NCBI GenBank assembly: GCA_002342415.1
Contig: DDPY01000054.1
Span: forward strand, 26,662-90,661
From: Prevotella sp. UBA2456
Lineage (GTDB): Bacteria; Bacteroidota; Bacteroidia; Bacteroidales; Bacteroidaceae
DNA: 64,000 nt
Reading direction: 5' to 3'
The number at the start of each line of letters is the position of its first letter. Within the stretch, counting starts at the first letter, position 1. This document shows, piece by piece, positions 29,349 through 38,727 of this stretch. Position numbers and translations under genes: made by a program. The notes under the pieces were generated by a model. That model was not told where the DNA came from. It worked only from the letters and a program-made list of their open reading frames with translations, and did not search any database.

Positions 29349-31274
29349 TTACTTCACCTCCTCGAAGTCGGCATCCTGGATATTGTCATCCTTGGGGGCG
29401 CCTTGCTGCTGGGCTTGCTGCTGGCCGGCGAAGGGATTGTCCTGAGGACCAGCCTGCGCGCCCTGGGCACCTGCGCCCTGATACATCTGCTGTGAGGCTG
29501 TCTGCCAAGCGGTGTTGAGGGCAGCCATAGCGGTGTCGATGGCGTTGATGTCGCCAGCCTTGTGGGCATCCTTCAGCTGCTGGAGGGCCTGCTCGATGGC
29601 GGGCTTGTGCTGGGCGGGGATCTTGTCGCCAATCTCCTTCAGCTGGTTCTCGGTCTGGAAGATCATCGAGTCAGCCTGATTCATCTTGTCCACGCGCTCG
29701 CGCTCCTTCTTGTCAGCCTCGGCGTTCTGCTCAGCCTCTGCCTTCATGCGGTTGATCTCGTCCTGTGACAGACCGCTGGAAGCCTCGATGCGGATGGCCT
29801 GCTCCTTGCCTGTAGCCTTATCCTTGGCCGATACCTTCAGGATACCGTTGGCATCGATGTCGAAGGTAACCTCAATCTGAGGGATTCCACGACGGGCAGG
29901 AGCGATACCAGTCAGGTTGAAGATACCCAGCTGCTTGTTCTGTGCAGCCATGGGGCGCTCACCCTGCAGCACGCGGATGGTTACCTCGGTCTGGTTGTCG
30001 GCAGCGGTAGAGAATACCTCGCTCTTCTTGCACGGAATAGTGGTGTTAGCCTCAATCAGCTTGGTCATCACGCCACCCATTGTCTCGATACCCAGTGTCA
30101 GCGGGGTTACGTCGAGCAGTACGATGTCGCCTACGCCACCTTCCTTGTTCAGGATGGCACCCTGGATAGAAGCACCTACGGCTACCACCTCGTCGGGGTT
30201 GACACCCTTTGAAGGCTCCTTGCCGAAGTAGTTCTTGACGAGCTCCTGTACGGCAGGGATACGGCTCGAACCACCTACGAGGATTACCTCGTCGATATCG
30301 GCAGTGTTCAGCTTGGCATCAGCGATAGCTTTCTGACAGGGAGCCAGACAAGCCTGGATGAGTCCGTGAGCCAGCTGCTCGAACTTGGCACGAGTGAGGG
30401 TCTTCACCAAGTGCTTAGGTACACCGCCTACAGGCATGATGTAGGGCAGGTTGATTTCTGTTGAGGTTGAAGAAGACAGTTCAATCTTAGCCTTCTCGGC
30501 AGCCTCTTTCAAGCGCTGCATAGCCATCGGGTCGGCCTTCAGGTCGGCACCCTCGTCGTTGCGGAACTCGTCTACCAACCAGTCGATGATAACCTGATCG
30601 AAGTCGTCACCACCCAGGTGAGTATCACCATTGGTAGAGAGCACCTCGAAGACACCACCGCCGAACTCGAGGATAGAGATATCGAACGTACCACCACCGA
30701 GGTCGAAGACGGCAATCTTCATATCCTTGTTGGCCTTGTCGACACCGTATGCCAAAGCGGCAGCTGTAGGCTCGTTGACAATACGGCGCACGTTGAGGCC
30801 TGCAATCTGTCCGGCCTCCTTGGTGGCCTGACGCTGAGAGTCAGAGAAGTAGGCAGGCACGGTGATGACAGCATCGGTCACCTCCTGTCCCAGATAGTCC
30901 TCGGCGGTCTTCTTCATCTTCTGCAGAATCATGGCCGAGATTTCCTGCGGTGTGTACTTACGACCGTCGATGTCGACACGAGGATAGCCGCCCTCGTTGA
31001 CTACAGAATAAGGTACGCGCGAGATTTCCTTCTCGGTCTGCTGCCAGTTCTCACCCATGAAGCGCTTGATAGAGTAGACGGTCTTCTTGGGGTTGGTGAT
31101 GGCCTGACGCTTGGCGGGGTCGCCAATCTTGCGCTCACCATTGTCTACGAAGCCAACGACAGAGGGCGTTGTGCGCTTACCCTCACTGTTAGCGATTACT
31201 ACGGGCTCGTTACCTTCGAAAACGGCAACGCAGCTGTTGGTTGTTCCTAAATCGATTCCAATAATCTTTCCCAT
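29349..31274 (-). CDS. dnaK: Chaperone DnaK
   Basis: [34 protein letters not shown] end; start at ATG 31274. Confidence 0.99.
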   Translation of the reverse strand: MGKIIGIDLGTTNSCVAVFEGNEPVVIANSEGKRTTPSVVGFVDNGERKIGDPAKRQAITNPKKTVYSIKRFMGENWQQTEKEISRVPYSVVNEGGYPRVDIDGRKYTPQEISAMILQKMKKTAEDYLGQEVTDAVITVPAYFSDSQRQATKEAGQIAGLNVRRIVNEPTAAALAYGVDKANKDMKIAVFDLGGGTFDISILEFGGGVFEVLSTNGDTHLGGDDFDQVIIDWLVDEFRNDEGADLKADPMAMQRLKEAAEKAKIELSSSTSTEINLPYIMPVGGVPKHLVKTLTRAKFEQLAHGLIQACLAPCQKAIADAKLNTADIDEVILVGGSSRIPAVQELVKNYFGKEPSKGVNPDEVVAVGASIQGAILNKEGGVGDIVLLDVTPLTLGIETMGGVMTKLIEANTTIPCKKSEVFSTAADNQTEVTIRVLQGERPMAAQNKQLGIFNLTGIAPARRGIPQIEVTFDIDANGILKVSAKDKATGKEQAIRIEASSGLSQDEINRMKAEAEQNAEADKKERERVDKMNQADSMIFQTENQLKEIGDKIPAQHKPAIEQALQQLKDAHKAGDINAIDTAMAALNTAWQTASQQMYQGAGAQGAQAGPQDNPFAGQQQAQQQGAPKDDNIQDADFEEVK

Positions 31275-31325
31275 AATTTTATTTCTTTTTAGTTTATTAT
31301 TTTCAATATGTGACACTGACAAGAT

Positions 31326-31342
31326 AGCAAAGCATGTGCCAA
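31326..31342 (-). promoter_or_regulatory. Sigma-54-type -24/-12 promoter upstream of dnaK
   Basis: TTGGCACATGCTTTGCT matches TGGCAC-N5-TTGC(A/T). Confidence 0.6.
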
Positions 31343-31440
31343 AAACAAATTTTTTTAATAATATTGTGACATTTTGGCACAAGTATCAAAAATAATTTGT
31401 ATCTTTGTCGGCAGATTATCGATAATAGACTAAAAATATC

Positions 31441-32844
31441 ATGATGAAAAGAATGTTTCTACTGGCGGGGCTGGCTGTATTCATGCTGACTGCCGCGGCT
31501 CAAGACAACCCTTACATTGTCAAGACGAAGAATGTGAAGAAGACTGCTGCCAAAACGACTGTCAGCGCAGAGGATGTGGCATCACAGGAGGCAGAGCCAA
31601 AGGACTTCATGGGCAAGAACTTCCGTTATTACAGTATGTGCGACTGGAAGGAGGGCATGCGTTTTATGGTGCTGCCTGAGAAGTATGACCTGCTGGTGAA
31701 CACCTTTCGAGATGCCAATACCGGTAAGGAGGTGAGTAGTGCGCGCCTGCGCCATCATATTATGGTGTATAAGGGACATGAGACGCTGACCAATGGTCGC
31801 GAGCATGTCAATTTCTTCTGCGAGACAGACAACAAAAGCTACTATTACGAATTGCCCAGTGGCACCTTCGATGACTACTGTTACGGTAAGTTGGGTGTGC
31901 CCACATTGGCTTATCTGGGCGATGTCGACAAGGCCCGCGAGCTGCTGATGGGCCAGACGCTGATTACGCGCACACAGTTCTTCCGCATTGACACGGAGTA
32001 TGATGGCGATGGCTTTCAGGAAGTGAAATATCCTAAGAATAAGGTTGTTACGGTGAAGGCGATAGGTGTAGGCACGCGCTCCTTCCCTGTGAAGATTATC
32101 GTGGAGGACGAGAATGGTGAGCAGTTCTATCAGAACGTGGCCATGTCGAAGACCAACAGCGGCATGCGTGACGAGGAGTTTGACGTGGACAATGCCAAGT
32201 TTCTCTTTGAGGGCTCGTTTGAGTTCACGGGTGCCGAAATGGCAGTATCGTCTGACATCAAAAGCTATCTGAACAAGACCGTCCATACGAAGTTCTCGAC
32301 AGCCATGAGTACGAAGGGTGCAGGTAAGGCTCGTGATGTGAAGGTTCCGCGTTTTACTGGTTTCATCATTGACGAGATACAGAATGACAGGAACAGTCAG
32401 GGATACTACACGCTGACCTTGCGCGAGACGGAGACCCGTCGTGTATATTATAAGGATGTGACATTCACTGAGGATGTTCCCAATGCTCCCCGTGACGACT
32501 ATTTTGGCTATTTGTTTGCTATGGGCGAGGGTATGGCTCGCAGCACAACACTGGAAACACGTACTGCCATTCGTGAGGGTCGCGTCATTCCTGGTATGAC
32601 GATGCAGGAGGTAGAGATGGCTGTTGGCGAGTCTGCCACCAAGATAACTACGAGCGACGGTGTGACGGAATGGATGTATCCGCGCTCCAATAGTGTGCTG
32701 GTAGTCAGGTTCAACAACGACGGAATCGTGACGAAAGCAGGTGCCCAGTCGATGGGAGGAAGGGCTACGACGACCAAGCGCAGGATAGCTTCTCAGAGTT
32801 CGAGCGGTATGCGGCTGTCAGGAAACGGGACTCCGCTGCAGTAG
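31441..32844 (+). CDS. Hypothetical secreted/periplasmic protein
   Basis: Signal peptide ending AAAQ, 467-aa ORF, C-terminal GMT..EV...G motif (SmpA/BamE-like). Confidence 0.8.
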   Translation: MMKRMFLLAGLAVFMLTAAAQDNPYIVKTKNVKKTAAKTTVSAEDVASQEAEPKDFMGKNFRYYSMCDWKEGMRFMVLPEKYDLLVNTFRDANTGKEVSSARLRHHIMVYKGHETLTNGREHVNFFCETDNKSYYYELPSGTFDDYCYGKLGVPTLAYLGDVDKARELLMGQTLITRTQFFRIDTEYDGDGFQEVKYPKNKVVTVKAIGVGTRSFPVKIIVEDENGEQFYQNVAMSKTNSGMRDEEFDVDNAKFLFEGSFEFTGAEMAVSSDIKSYLNKTVHTKFSTAMSTKGAGKARDVKVPRFTGFIIDEIQNDRNSQGYYTLTLRETETRRVYYKDVTFTEDVPNAPRDDYFGYLFAMGEGMARSTTLETRTAIREGRVIPGMTMQEVEMAVGESATKITTSDGVTEWMYPRSNSVLVVRFNNDGIVTKAGAQSMGGRATTTKRRIASQSSSGMRLSGNGTPLQ

Positions 32845-32865
32845 GAAGGACTTAGAAGAAAAGCA

Positions 32866-32904
32866 AAAAGGTAAGAAACTGGGCAATCCGGTTTCTTACC
32901 TTTT
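32866..32904. terminator. Bidirectional terminator
   Basis: aaaaggtaagaaactgg...ccggtttcttacctttt. Confidence 0.8.
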
Positions 32905-32940
32905 ATTTTGGGCTTATTGCTTGTTGTCGGCCTTTGTGAC

Positions 32941-33972
32941 TTAGGCGTTCTGCTCCGACAGAGCCTGCTTGATTTTGGCCTCCAGCTCTTCGCAGAGTTC
33001 AGGATTGTCCTTCAGCAACAGTTTGACAGCATCGCGTCCTTGAGCCAGTTTCGAATCGCCGTAAGAGAACCACGAGCCGCTCTTCTTGATGATGTTGAAC
33101 TCTGTGGCCAAGTCGACGATTTCGCCTATCTTCGAGATGCCTTCGCCAAAGATAATCTCGAACTCAGCCTTGCGGAAGGGAGGAGCCACCTTGTTCTTGA
33201 CCACCTTGACCTTCGTGAGGTTGCCCAACACGTTGTCACCGTCCTTGACGGGCGTCGACTTGCGGACATCTATACGGACAGACGCGTAGAACTTCAGGGC
33301 GTTACCGCCAGTAGTGGTCTCAGGGTTGCCAAACATCACGCCAATCTTCTCGCGCAGCTGGTTGATGAAGATGCAGGTGGTATTGGTCTTGGCAATAGTC
33401 GCTGTGAGCTTGCGGAGTGCCTGTGACATCAGTCGTGCATGCAGTCCGACTGCCGAGTCGCCCATGTCGCCCTCGATTTCCTTCTTGGGCGTCAGCGCAG
33501 CCACTGAGTCGACCACGAGGATGTCGATAGCGGAGGAGCGGATGAGCTGGTCGGCAATCTCTAAGGCCTGCTCACCGTTGTCGGGCTGTGAGATATACAG
33601 GTTGTTGACATCGACGCCCAACTTCTCGGCATAGAAGCGGTCGAAGGCGTGCTCAGCATCGATGAAGGCTGCCACACCGCCAGCCTTTTGTGCCTCAGCG
33701 ATGGCATGAATGGCCAGCGTGGTCTTACCTGATGACTCTGGGCCGTATATCTCGATGATGCGTCCGCGCGGATAGCCTCCGACACCCAATGCCACATCCA
33801 GACCTATGGAGCCTGTGGGGATGACATCTACATTCTCAATTTTCTCGTCGCCCATCTTCATGATGCTGCCCTTGCCGAAGTCTTTCTCAATCTTCGCCAA
33901 GGCAGCCTGCAGGGCTTTCATCTTTTCCTGTTGCGGGCTCAGTGCCTCGCCAGTCTCTTCTTTTTTTGCCAT
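32941..33972 (-). CDS. recA: Recombinase RecA
   Basis: [47 protein letters not shown]. Confidence 0.99.
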   Translation of the reverse strand: MAKKEETGEALSPQQEKMKALQAALAKIEKDFGKGSIMKMGDEKIENVDVIPTGSIGLDVALGVGGYPRGRIIEIYGPESSGKTTLAIHAIAEAQKAGGVAAFIDAEHAFDRFYAEKLGVDVNNLYISQPDNGEQALEIADQLIRSSAIDILVVDSVAALTPKKEIEGDMGDSAVGLHARLMSQALRKLTATIAKTNTTCIFINQLREKIGVMFGNPETTTGGNALKFYASVRIDVRKSTPVKDGDNVLGNLTKVKVVKNKVAPPFRKAEFEIIFGEGISKIGEIVDLATEFNIIKKSGSWFSYGDSKLAQGRDAVKLLLKDNPELCEELEAKIKQALSEQNA

Positions 33973-33981
33973 CTTGTTTTA

Positions 33982-34046
33982 TTTACTATTTGACGATTTA
34001 CAATTTACTATTTATTCGCTATTTGACGATTTTTCAATTTTCAAAT
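33982..34046. repeat. ATTTACT/ATTTGACG heptamer-type tandem repeats
   Basis: Directly visible; same family at 35348-35416, 2568-2602, 3529-3582. Confidence 0.85.
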
Positions 34047-35341
34047 TACAGCTCCAGGTCGCCGTCGTGGATTTCGTGCCAGGGGAGGCCCTGCTTGTTG
34101 AGCTCGTCCATGAAGGGATCGGGGTCGAACTCCTCGACATTATGCACGCCTGGCTTCTTCCACAGTCCTTTGCAGAACATCAGGGCTCCAATCATGGCGG
34201 GAACGCCTGTGGTGTACGAGACGCCCTGCATGCCCGTCTCCTCGTAGGCAGCACGGTGCGAGCAGTTGTTGTAGACGTAGTAGGTGTGCTCCTTGCCGTC
34301 CTTGCCGATGCCTCGGATGCGACAGCCAATGGAGGTCTCGCCCTCGTAGTTCTCGCCCAGGTCCTGCGGGTTGGGCAGCACGGCCTTGAGGAACTGCAGG
34401 GGGACGATTTTGACCTTGACTTTATTAGAGGTGAGAGGTGAGAGGTGAGCGGTAAGAGAAGTGTCTGCAAGTTCTGCCTCGTAGACTACCTCGTCGATGC
34501 GGCTCATGCCGATGTTCTGAATCACCTCGAGGTGCTTGAGATACTGCTGTCCGAAGGTCATCCAGAAGCGTGCGCGACGGATGGTGGGATAGTTGATGAC
34601 GAGCGACTCTATCTCCTCGTGGTGCAGCAGGTAGCTGTCGCGCGGTCCGATGTTGGGGTAGGTGAGCGACTTGTGAATCTCCAGTGGTTCCGTCTCCACC
34701 CACTTGCCGTCCTCCCAGTAGAGTCCCTTCTGGGTAATCTCGCGGATGTTGATCTCTGGGTTGAAGTTGGTGGCGAAGGCCTTGTGGTGGTCGCCCGCAT
34801 TGCAGTCCACGATGTCGAGATACTGTATCTCCTTGAAGTGGTGCTTGGCGGCGTATGCCGTATAGATGCTGGTGACGCCAGGGTCGAAGCCGCATCCGAG
34901 GATGGCGGTTAGTCCGGCCTGCTCGAAGCGTTCGCGGTAGGCCCACTGCCAGGAGTATTCGAAGTGAGCCTCGTCCTTGGGCTCATAGTTGGCCGTGTCG
35001 AGATAGGAGCATCCGCATGCCAGACAAGCCTCCATGATGGTGAGGTCCTGATAGGGCAGCGCGAGGTTGATGACCAGGTCGGGCTTATAGCTCGAGAAGA
35101 GTGCCTTGAGCTGTTCCACGTCGTCGGCATCCACCTGTGCGGTCTGGATTTTTAGAGGTGAGTGGTTAGGGGTAAGAGGTGAGAGAATACCTTTTTCCTC
35201 TATCGCCTTCACTATCGCGTCGCATTTCTCCTTGCGGCGGCTGGCAATCATGAACTCTGTAAACACGTCAGCATTCTGTGCAATCTTGAATGCTGCTACT
35301 GTGGCGACGCCTCCAGCGCCAATCATTAATACTCTGCTCAT
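34046..35341 (-). CDS. Saccharopine dehydrogenase family protein (carboxynorspermidine synthase-like)
   Basis: IGAGGVA, YLDTANYEP, GCGFDPG, FATNFNPEINIREI, GVSYTTGVP. Confidence 0.9.
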   Translation of the reverse strand: MSRVLMIGAGGVATVAAFKIAQNADVFTEFMIASRRKEKCDAIVKAIEEKGILSPLTPNHSPLKIQTAQVDADDVEQLKALFSSYKPDLVINLALPYQDLTIMEACLACGCSYLDTANYEPKDEAHFEYSWQWAYRERFEQAGLTAILGCGFDPGVTSIYTAYAAKHHFKEIQYLDIVDCNAGDHHKAFATNFNPEINIREITQKGLYWEDGKWVETEPLEIHKSLTYPNIGPRDSYLLHHEEIESLVINYPTIRRARFWMTFGQQYLKHLEVIQNIGMSRIDEVVYEAELADTSLTAHLSPLTSNKVKVKIVPLQFLKAVLPNPQDLGENYEGETSIGCRIRGIGKDGKEHTYYVYNNCSHRAAYEETGMQGVSYTTGVPAMIGALMFCKGLWKKPGVHNVEEFDPDPFMDELNKQGLPWHEIHDGDLEL

Positions 35342-35347
35342 CTTTGT

Positions 35348-35416
35348 GATTTACTATTTGACGATTTACTATTTACTATTTACTATTTATTTACTGTTTG
35401 ACGATTTACTATTTAC
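35348..35416. repeat. ATTTACT heptamer array filling the intergenic space
   Basis: gatttactatttgacgatttactatttactatttact... Confidence 0.9.
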
Positions 35417-36039
35417 TCTTTCAGTTCATTGGCACTGATGCCGAGTGCGGCCATTAGCGAGTATCCCAGTATCTCCTGGCGGAAGGCTCCTCCCTCCAAG
35501 GGCTGCATGGTAAGCAGGGTGTAGTGCTTGTCTGGGTCGGCTTTGCGCAGTGTCGCGCGTACATTATTATATATATGTTCGCAGTCGGGGATGATGATGA
35601 GTCGGCGCACTTCTGCTGCATTGCTGATAATCTGCAGCGAGTCGGTGAAGAGGTCGTCCATCGTCACCATATCCTCTACGGGCACGCAGCTGATAAGGAA
35701 CTCGCCCAGCGGCCCAGCGAAGGCCTTGCCGTCGAGGTCGGCGAAGGCCGAGGGTTGGAAGTTGCTCATTGCGGGCTGCTTGTGCAGCAGGATGACTTGG
35801 AGCTGGGGGGTGGAGTGGGTGGAGTGGGTGTCGTGGGTGATGTGGGTGTCGTGGGGGGAGGGGGACTGAGGGCGGAGGCCTCCGTCCAAAGCAACGCACT
35901 CCAGCCATCGAGCCATATCGGCCTGCGGAATCCTGCGCCCAAGCATGCGCTCAAAGTTCACAATGAGGTCAAAAGCCACCTTGTCAACATAGTCTGCGTC
36001 TACGAGAATGATGTTTTCGCTCCATTTCGTTTCTTTCAT
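35413..36039 (-). CDS. Conserved Bacteroidales hypothetical protein (DUF6621-like, NYN/PIN-like N-terminus)
   Basis: ILVDADYVD, VNFERMLGRRIP.AD..W...ALDGG, EILGYSLMAALGI; in-frame 9-mer insertion. Confidence 0.75.
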   Translation of the reverse strand: MKETKWSENIILVDADYVDKVAFDLIVNFERMLGRRIPQADMARWLECVALDGGLRPQSPSPHDTHITHDTHSTHSTPQLQVILLHKQPAMSNFQPSAFADLDGKAFAGPLGEFLISCVPVEDMVTMDDLFTDSLQIISNAAEVRRLIIIPDCEHIYNNVRATLRKADPDKHYTLLTMQPLEGGAFRQEILGYSLMAALGISANELKE

Positions 36040-36148
36040 GCTACAAAGGTACAAAATATAATTAAGAATAGAAAAACAAAAAGGAATAAAAAAACAAAAA
36101 ACCGCGCCCTCCTGTTGGGGGCACGGTAGATTTCTCTGTTTAGTAAAA

Positions 36149-36253
36149 TTAGTTGTACCAGATGTTTGCGTTGTAGTGCATGAATCTGTCGTCGTCGTTG
36201 TACTGGTTGTCCAGCTCGTACTCTTCTTCGTTGTACATCTTCTGAGTCTTCAT
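36149..36253 (-). CDS. Putative 34-aa small protein MKTQKMYNEEEYELDNQYNDDDRFMHYNANIWYN
   Basis: -7 element at 36305-36312, GGAGG before ATG, strongly biased codons, terminator hairpin 36101-36127. Confidence 0.65.
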   Translation of the reverse strand: MKTQKMYNEEEYELDNQYNDDDRFMHYNANIWYN

Positions 36254-36501
36254 AGTCTTGCCCTCCAAATATTTTAGTTAGTTAGTATTTTTAGTTCTAC
36301 GCTGCAAATATAATAAATAGTTTCGTAATTTGCAAATTTTTCCGATACTTTTTTCAGTTTTTCTGGTAAAATGGAAACAAATTGTATAAGTATGCGCGGT
36401 AAAGGGTAGTCAGTATGAAAAAGATCGAGGCTGCCTCCCAAAGGAAAGGACAGCCTCGACGGTTATCGCTTGTTAGAATGTCTTCTTACTTTTGAATCAT
36501 C

Positions 36502-36575
36502 TTGACCTAAGGTCGAGGTCGTTCACGTTCGGCAATGAGAGCAGGCTCTCGTTGCTCTTACTTAATCACGACCTT
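36502..36575 (-). repeat. Multi-hairpin MITE/REP-like element overlapping the 3' end of the upstream gene
   Basis: aggtcgt...acgacct outer stem, gagagcctgctctc inner hairpin, cgacct-t-aggtcaa terminal hairpin; similar layout at 22301-22370. Confidence 0.5.
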
Positions 36576-37640
36576 CTTTCCGTTCTGAATCACTACGCCC
36601 TTGAAACTCTTGTCAACCTTCTGGCCAGCGAGGTTGTAGATGGGAGCGTCAGCGTTCTCAGCGGCAGCCTTTACAGTGCTGATGGCAGTCTCGCCGCCAT
36701 AATCCTTAATGGACTTGCCTGAATAGAACTTTACTCCTTGGAATCCAATCTGCCAGTTCTTACCAAATATATAATAGGTTTCACCTACTTTGGCATCAAA
36801 TACAAACCATATAAATTTTCTTGAATTCAGAATACTTGCAGATTTTGGTTCATTGGTTGTAGGATCAGTCCAAGTGTAGTCTGTGGTGGTACCAATTAAG
36901 TAATTTTCTACAGGCATCGAATTAACAAAGACCCAAGAGTTGTCAGAATTCTTAAGATTTTGTGCGTAGCCTTCTATTTTATATTCTGTTGTATTGTTGT
37001 CTTCTGTCCATACTAAAGCTTTTTTATCGCTTTCTCTAGCGATATATAACTGGCGAGTATCGCCAGCTTGTACAAAGCAGCCAATCTTGATAACGCCAGC
37101 TGTTGTTGTTGTAGCCTTGATGTATGCACCACTTGCAGGTAGTCCTAAAGAACCATCAGGATTGTAGTATGTCCAGCCGTCAGTGTCGCCATCACCTTTG
37201 AATCCAGGATAATATCTGTCTGCAAAACCATCGTCAGCATTCCAAAATTGTTTTGATACAAAAGTTGTATAAGGTACACCAGTACCGATTACTGGATAAA
37301 AGCCGTCACCCAATGTAGGCTGTGACTCTTTGTTGTTTCCTCCGACTTTAAAGGAAGCATTATTCCAACCAGCATCGGGCCATTTGTCTGGGGTAAGACC
37401 TGCAGCACCTCCGTCTGCAGAACCAATCTCCTTTGGGTCTTTACTTGCTACATATTCAAGTTTGATAGGACTTTGGTCAATGGTTGCAATGAGGTTAGTT
37501 CCGCTTGCTACTGCCCCAGTAAATTCAGCGGCCTGTGTCCCACCTGGAGCGGCTACATAATCCACGTCGGCAGTCCATTCTTGTGCATTCACACTCATAG
37601 CTGCGAGAGCTACTGAAATCAGCGTAAAGATTTTCTTCAT
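36558..37640 (-). CDS. Hypothetical secreted protein with T9SS-type C-terminal domain
   Basis: Signal peptide MKKIFTL...VNAQ; C-terminus TAISTV...IYNLAGQKV...KGVVIQNGKKVVIK. Confidence 0.85.
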   Translation of the reverse strand: MKKIFTLISVALAAMSVNAQEWTADVDYVAAPGGTQAAEFTGAVASGTNLIATIDQSPIKLEYVASKDPKEIGSADGGAAGLTPDKWPDAGWNNASFKVGGNNKESQPTLGDGFYPVIGTGVPYTTFVSKQFWNADDGFADRYYPGFKGDGDTDGWTYYNPDGSLGLPASGAYIKATTTTAGVIKIGCFVQAGDTRQLYIARESDKKALVWTEDNNTTEYKIEGYAQNLKNSDNSWVFVNSMPVENYLIGTTTDYTWTDPTTNEPKSASILNSRKFIWFVFDAKVGETYYIFGKNWQIGFQGVKFYSGKSIKDYGGETAISTVKAAAENADAPIYNLAGQKVDKSFKGVVIQNGKKVVIK

Positions 37641-37751
37641 AATCGTTCGTTTTTATTTGTTAGTACTATATTAAATAATTTTCTGCCTGCAAATATAGGG
37701 GTTTTCTTCGAAATCTCCAAATTTTTTGCCAATTAGTTGTAAAAAAGACGC

Positions 37752-38429
37752 TTATTCTGCCGTTTTGTCATCATCCGTACGACGAATCCACACTTTGTGC
37801 GAGTGGGAACCGCGCGTGGTGATGCCTGTCGTGGGGTCGTTCGCCAGTTGTCGCAGGTCCTTCGATGCCATCGAGCGGCTCTGGCTGGTGGCGCTGGCAT
37901 AGTCGGCGAGGGTCATGTATCCCTGGCGGTCGATGACGTCGAGGGCCTTGCTTATGCGCTCGTCGCGGCTGTCGCTGGTCTTGCAGGGCACCACGATGTC
38001 TCTCTCCGCGCGCTCGAAGGTGGCTTCCCTGTTCATCTGCTCCAGCAGCTTGGGGTCGGGCTTGAAGTTGATGCCCTTGATGTAGACGTGTCTGTATTTG
38101 TTCCTTGGCTTGCTGTCGTCGTCGCTGTCCTTTTGTTTCATGGCGGCGGCCTCGCTGGGTGTCGACGTGTCGAAGCCCAGCGCCAGCGAGAACACGCCCA
38201 GCCCGTCGATCTTGATGTTGTGGCCCAGGGGCATCCAGCTTTTCATCGTAGTCACCAGCGCGTCCATCACGCCTCGGATGGTGCCCTCGCTGAAGCTTCC
38301 GCCGTAGTCGCGCATGTGGCGTACGACGGTGTCGAAGTCGTGCAGCGAGTAGGTCTGCATGCGTGGATATACCTTCTTCTTTCCGTCGCCCATCTCCTCG
38401 CTCATCTCTTGTAGTACATAGTTTGGCAT
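37752..38429 (-). CDS. HU-like DNA-binding protein with C-terminal HTH
   Basis: GHNIKIDGLGVFS, GINFKPD; C-terminal MTLADYA..T..SRSMASKDL. Confidence 0.8.
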   Translation of the reverse strand: MPNYVLQEMSEEMGDGKKKVYPRMQTYSLHDFDTVVRHMRDYGGSFSEGTIRGVMDALVTTMKSWMPLGHNIKIDGLGVFSLALGFDTSTPSEAAAMKQKDSDDDSKPRNKYRHVYIKGINFKPDPKLLEQMNREATFERAERDIVVPCKTSDSRDERISKALDVIDRQGYMTLADYASATSQSRSMASKDLRQLANDPTTGITTRGSHSHKVWIRRTDDDKTAE

Positions 38430-38499
38430 AGTCTCTTGATGTTTATTTTCTTTGTTCTCTGTTTATTTGTTTTTTCCTGCCTGTGTAAGTTCTGTACCC

Positions 38500-38583
38500 A
38501 ACTTGGAAACATGTGTCTACAAGTTGGAAACATGTGTCGCCAACTTGGCTACAGGTGTTTCTAAGTTGGAAACATAACTTTCC
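38500..38583. repeat. Four 21-bp tandem repeats in the leader of the HU-like gene
   Basis: aa(c/g)ttggaaacatgtgtc... at 38500, 38521, 38542, 38563. Confidence 0.85.
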
Positions 38584-38727
38584 ACGCTGCAAAGATACAT
38601 TTTTCTTTCGAGACGGCAAAATTTCCAGCGAATTATTTGCACAGGCGATAAGTCGGCCCTGATGGTGTGACAAATGGCGGGCTCGTTCGTCGTATATTAT
38701 AAATTAGGTGTAAAAATATAGAACGAT

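Noticed and set aside
38500-38583. Possible mini-CRISPR
   Set aside because: Contiguous 21-bp tandem units with no unique spacers.
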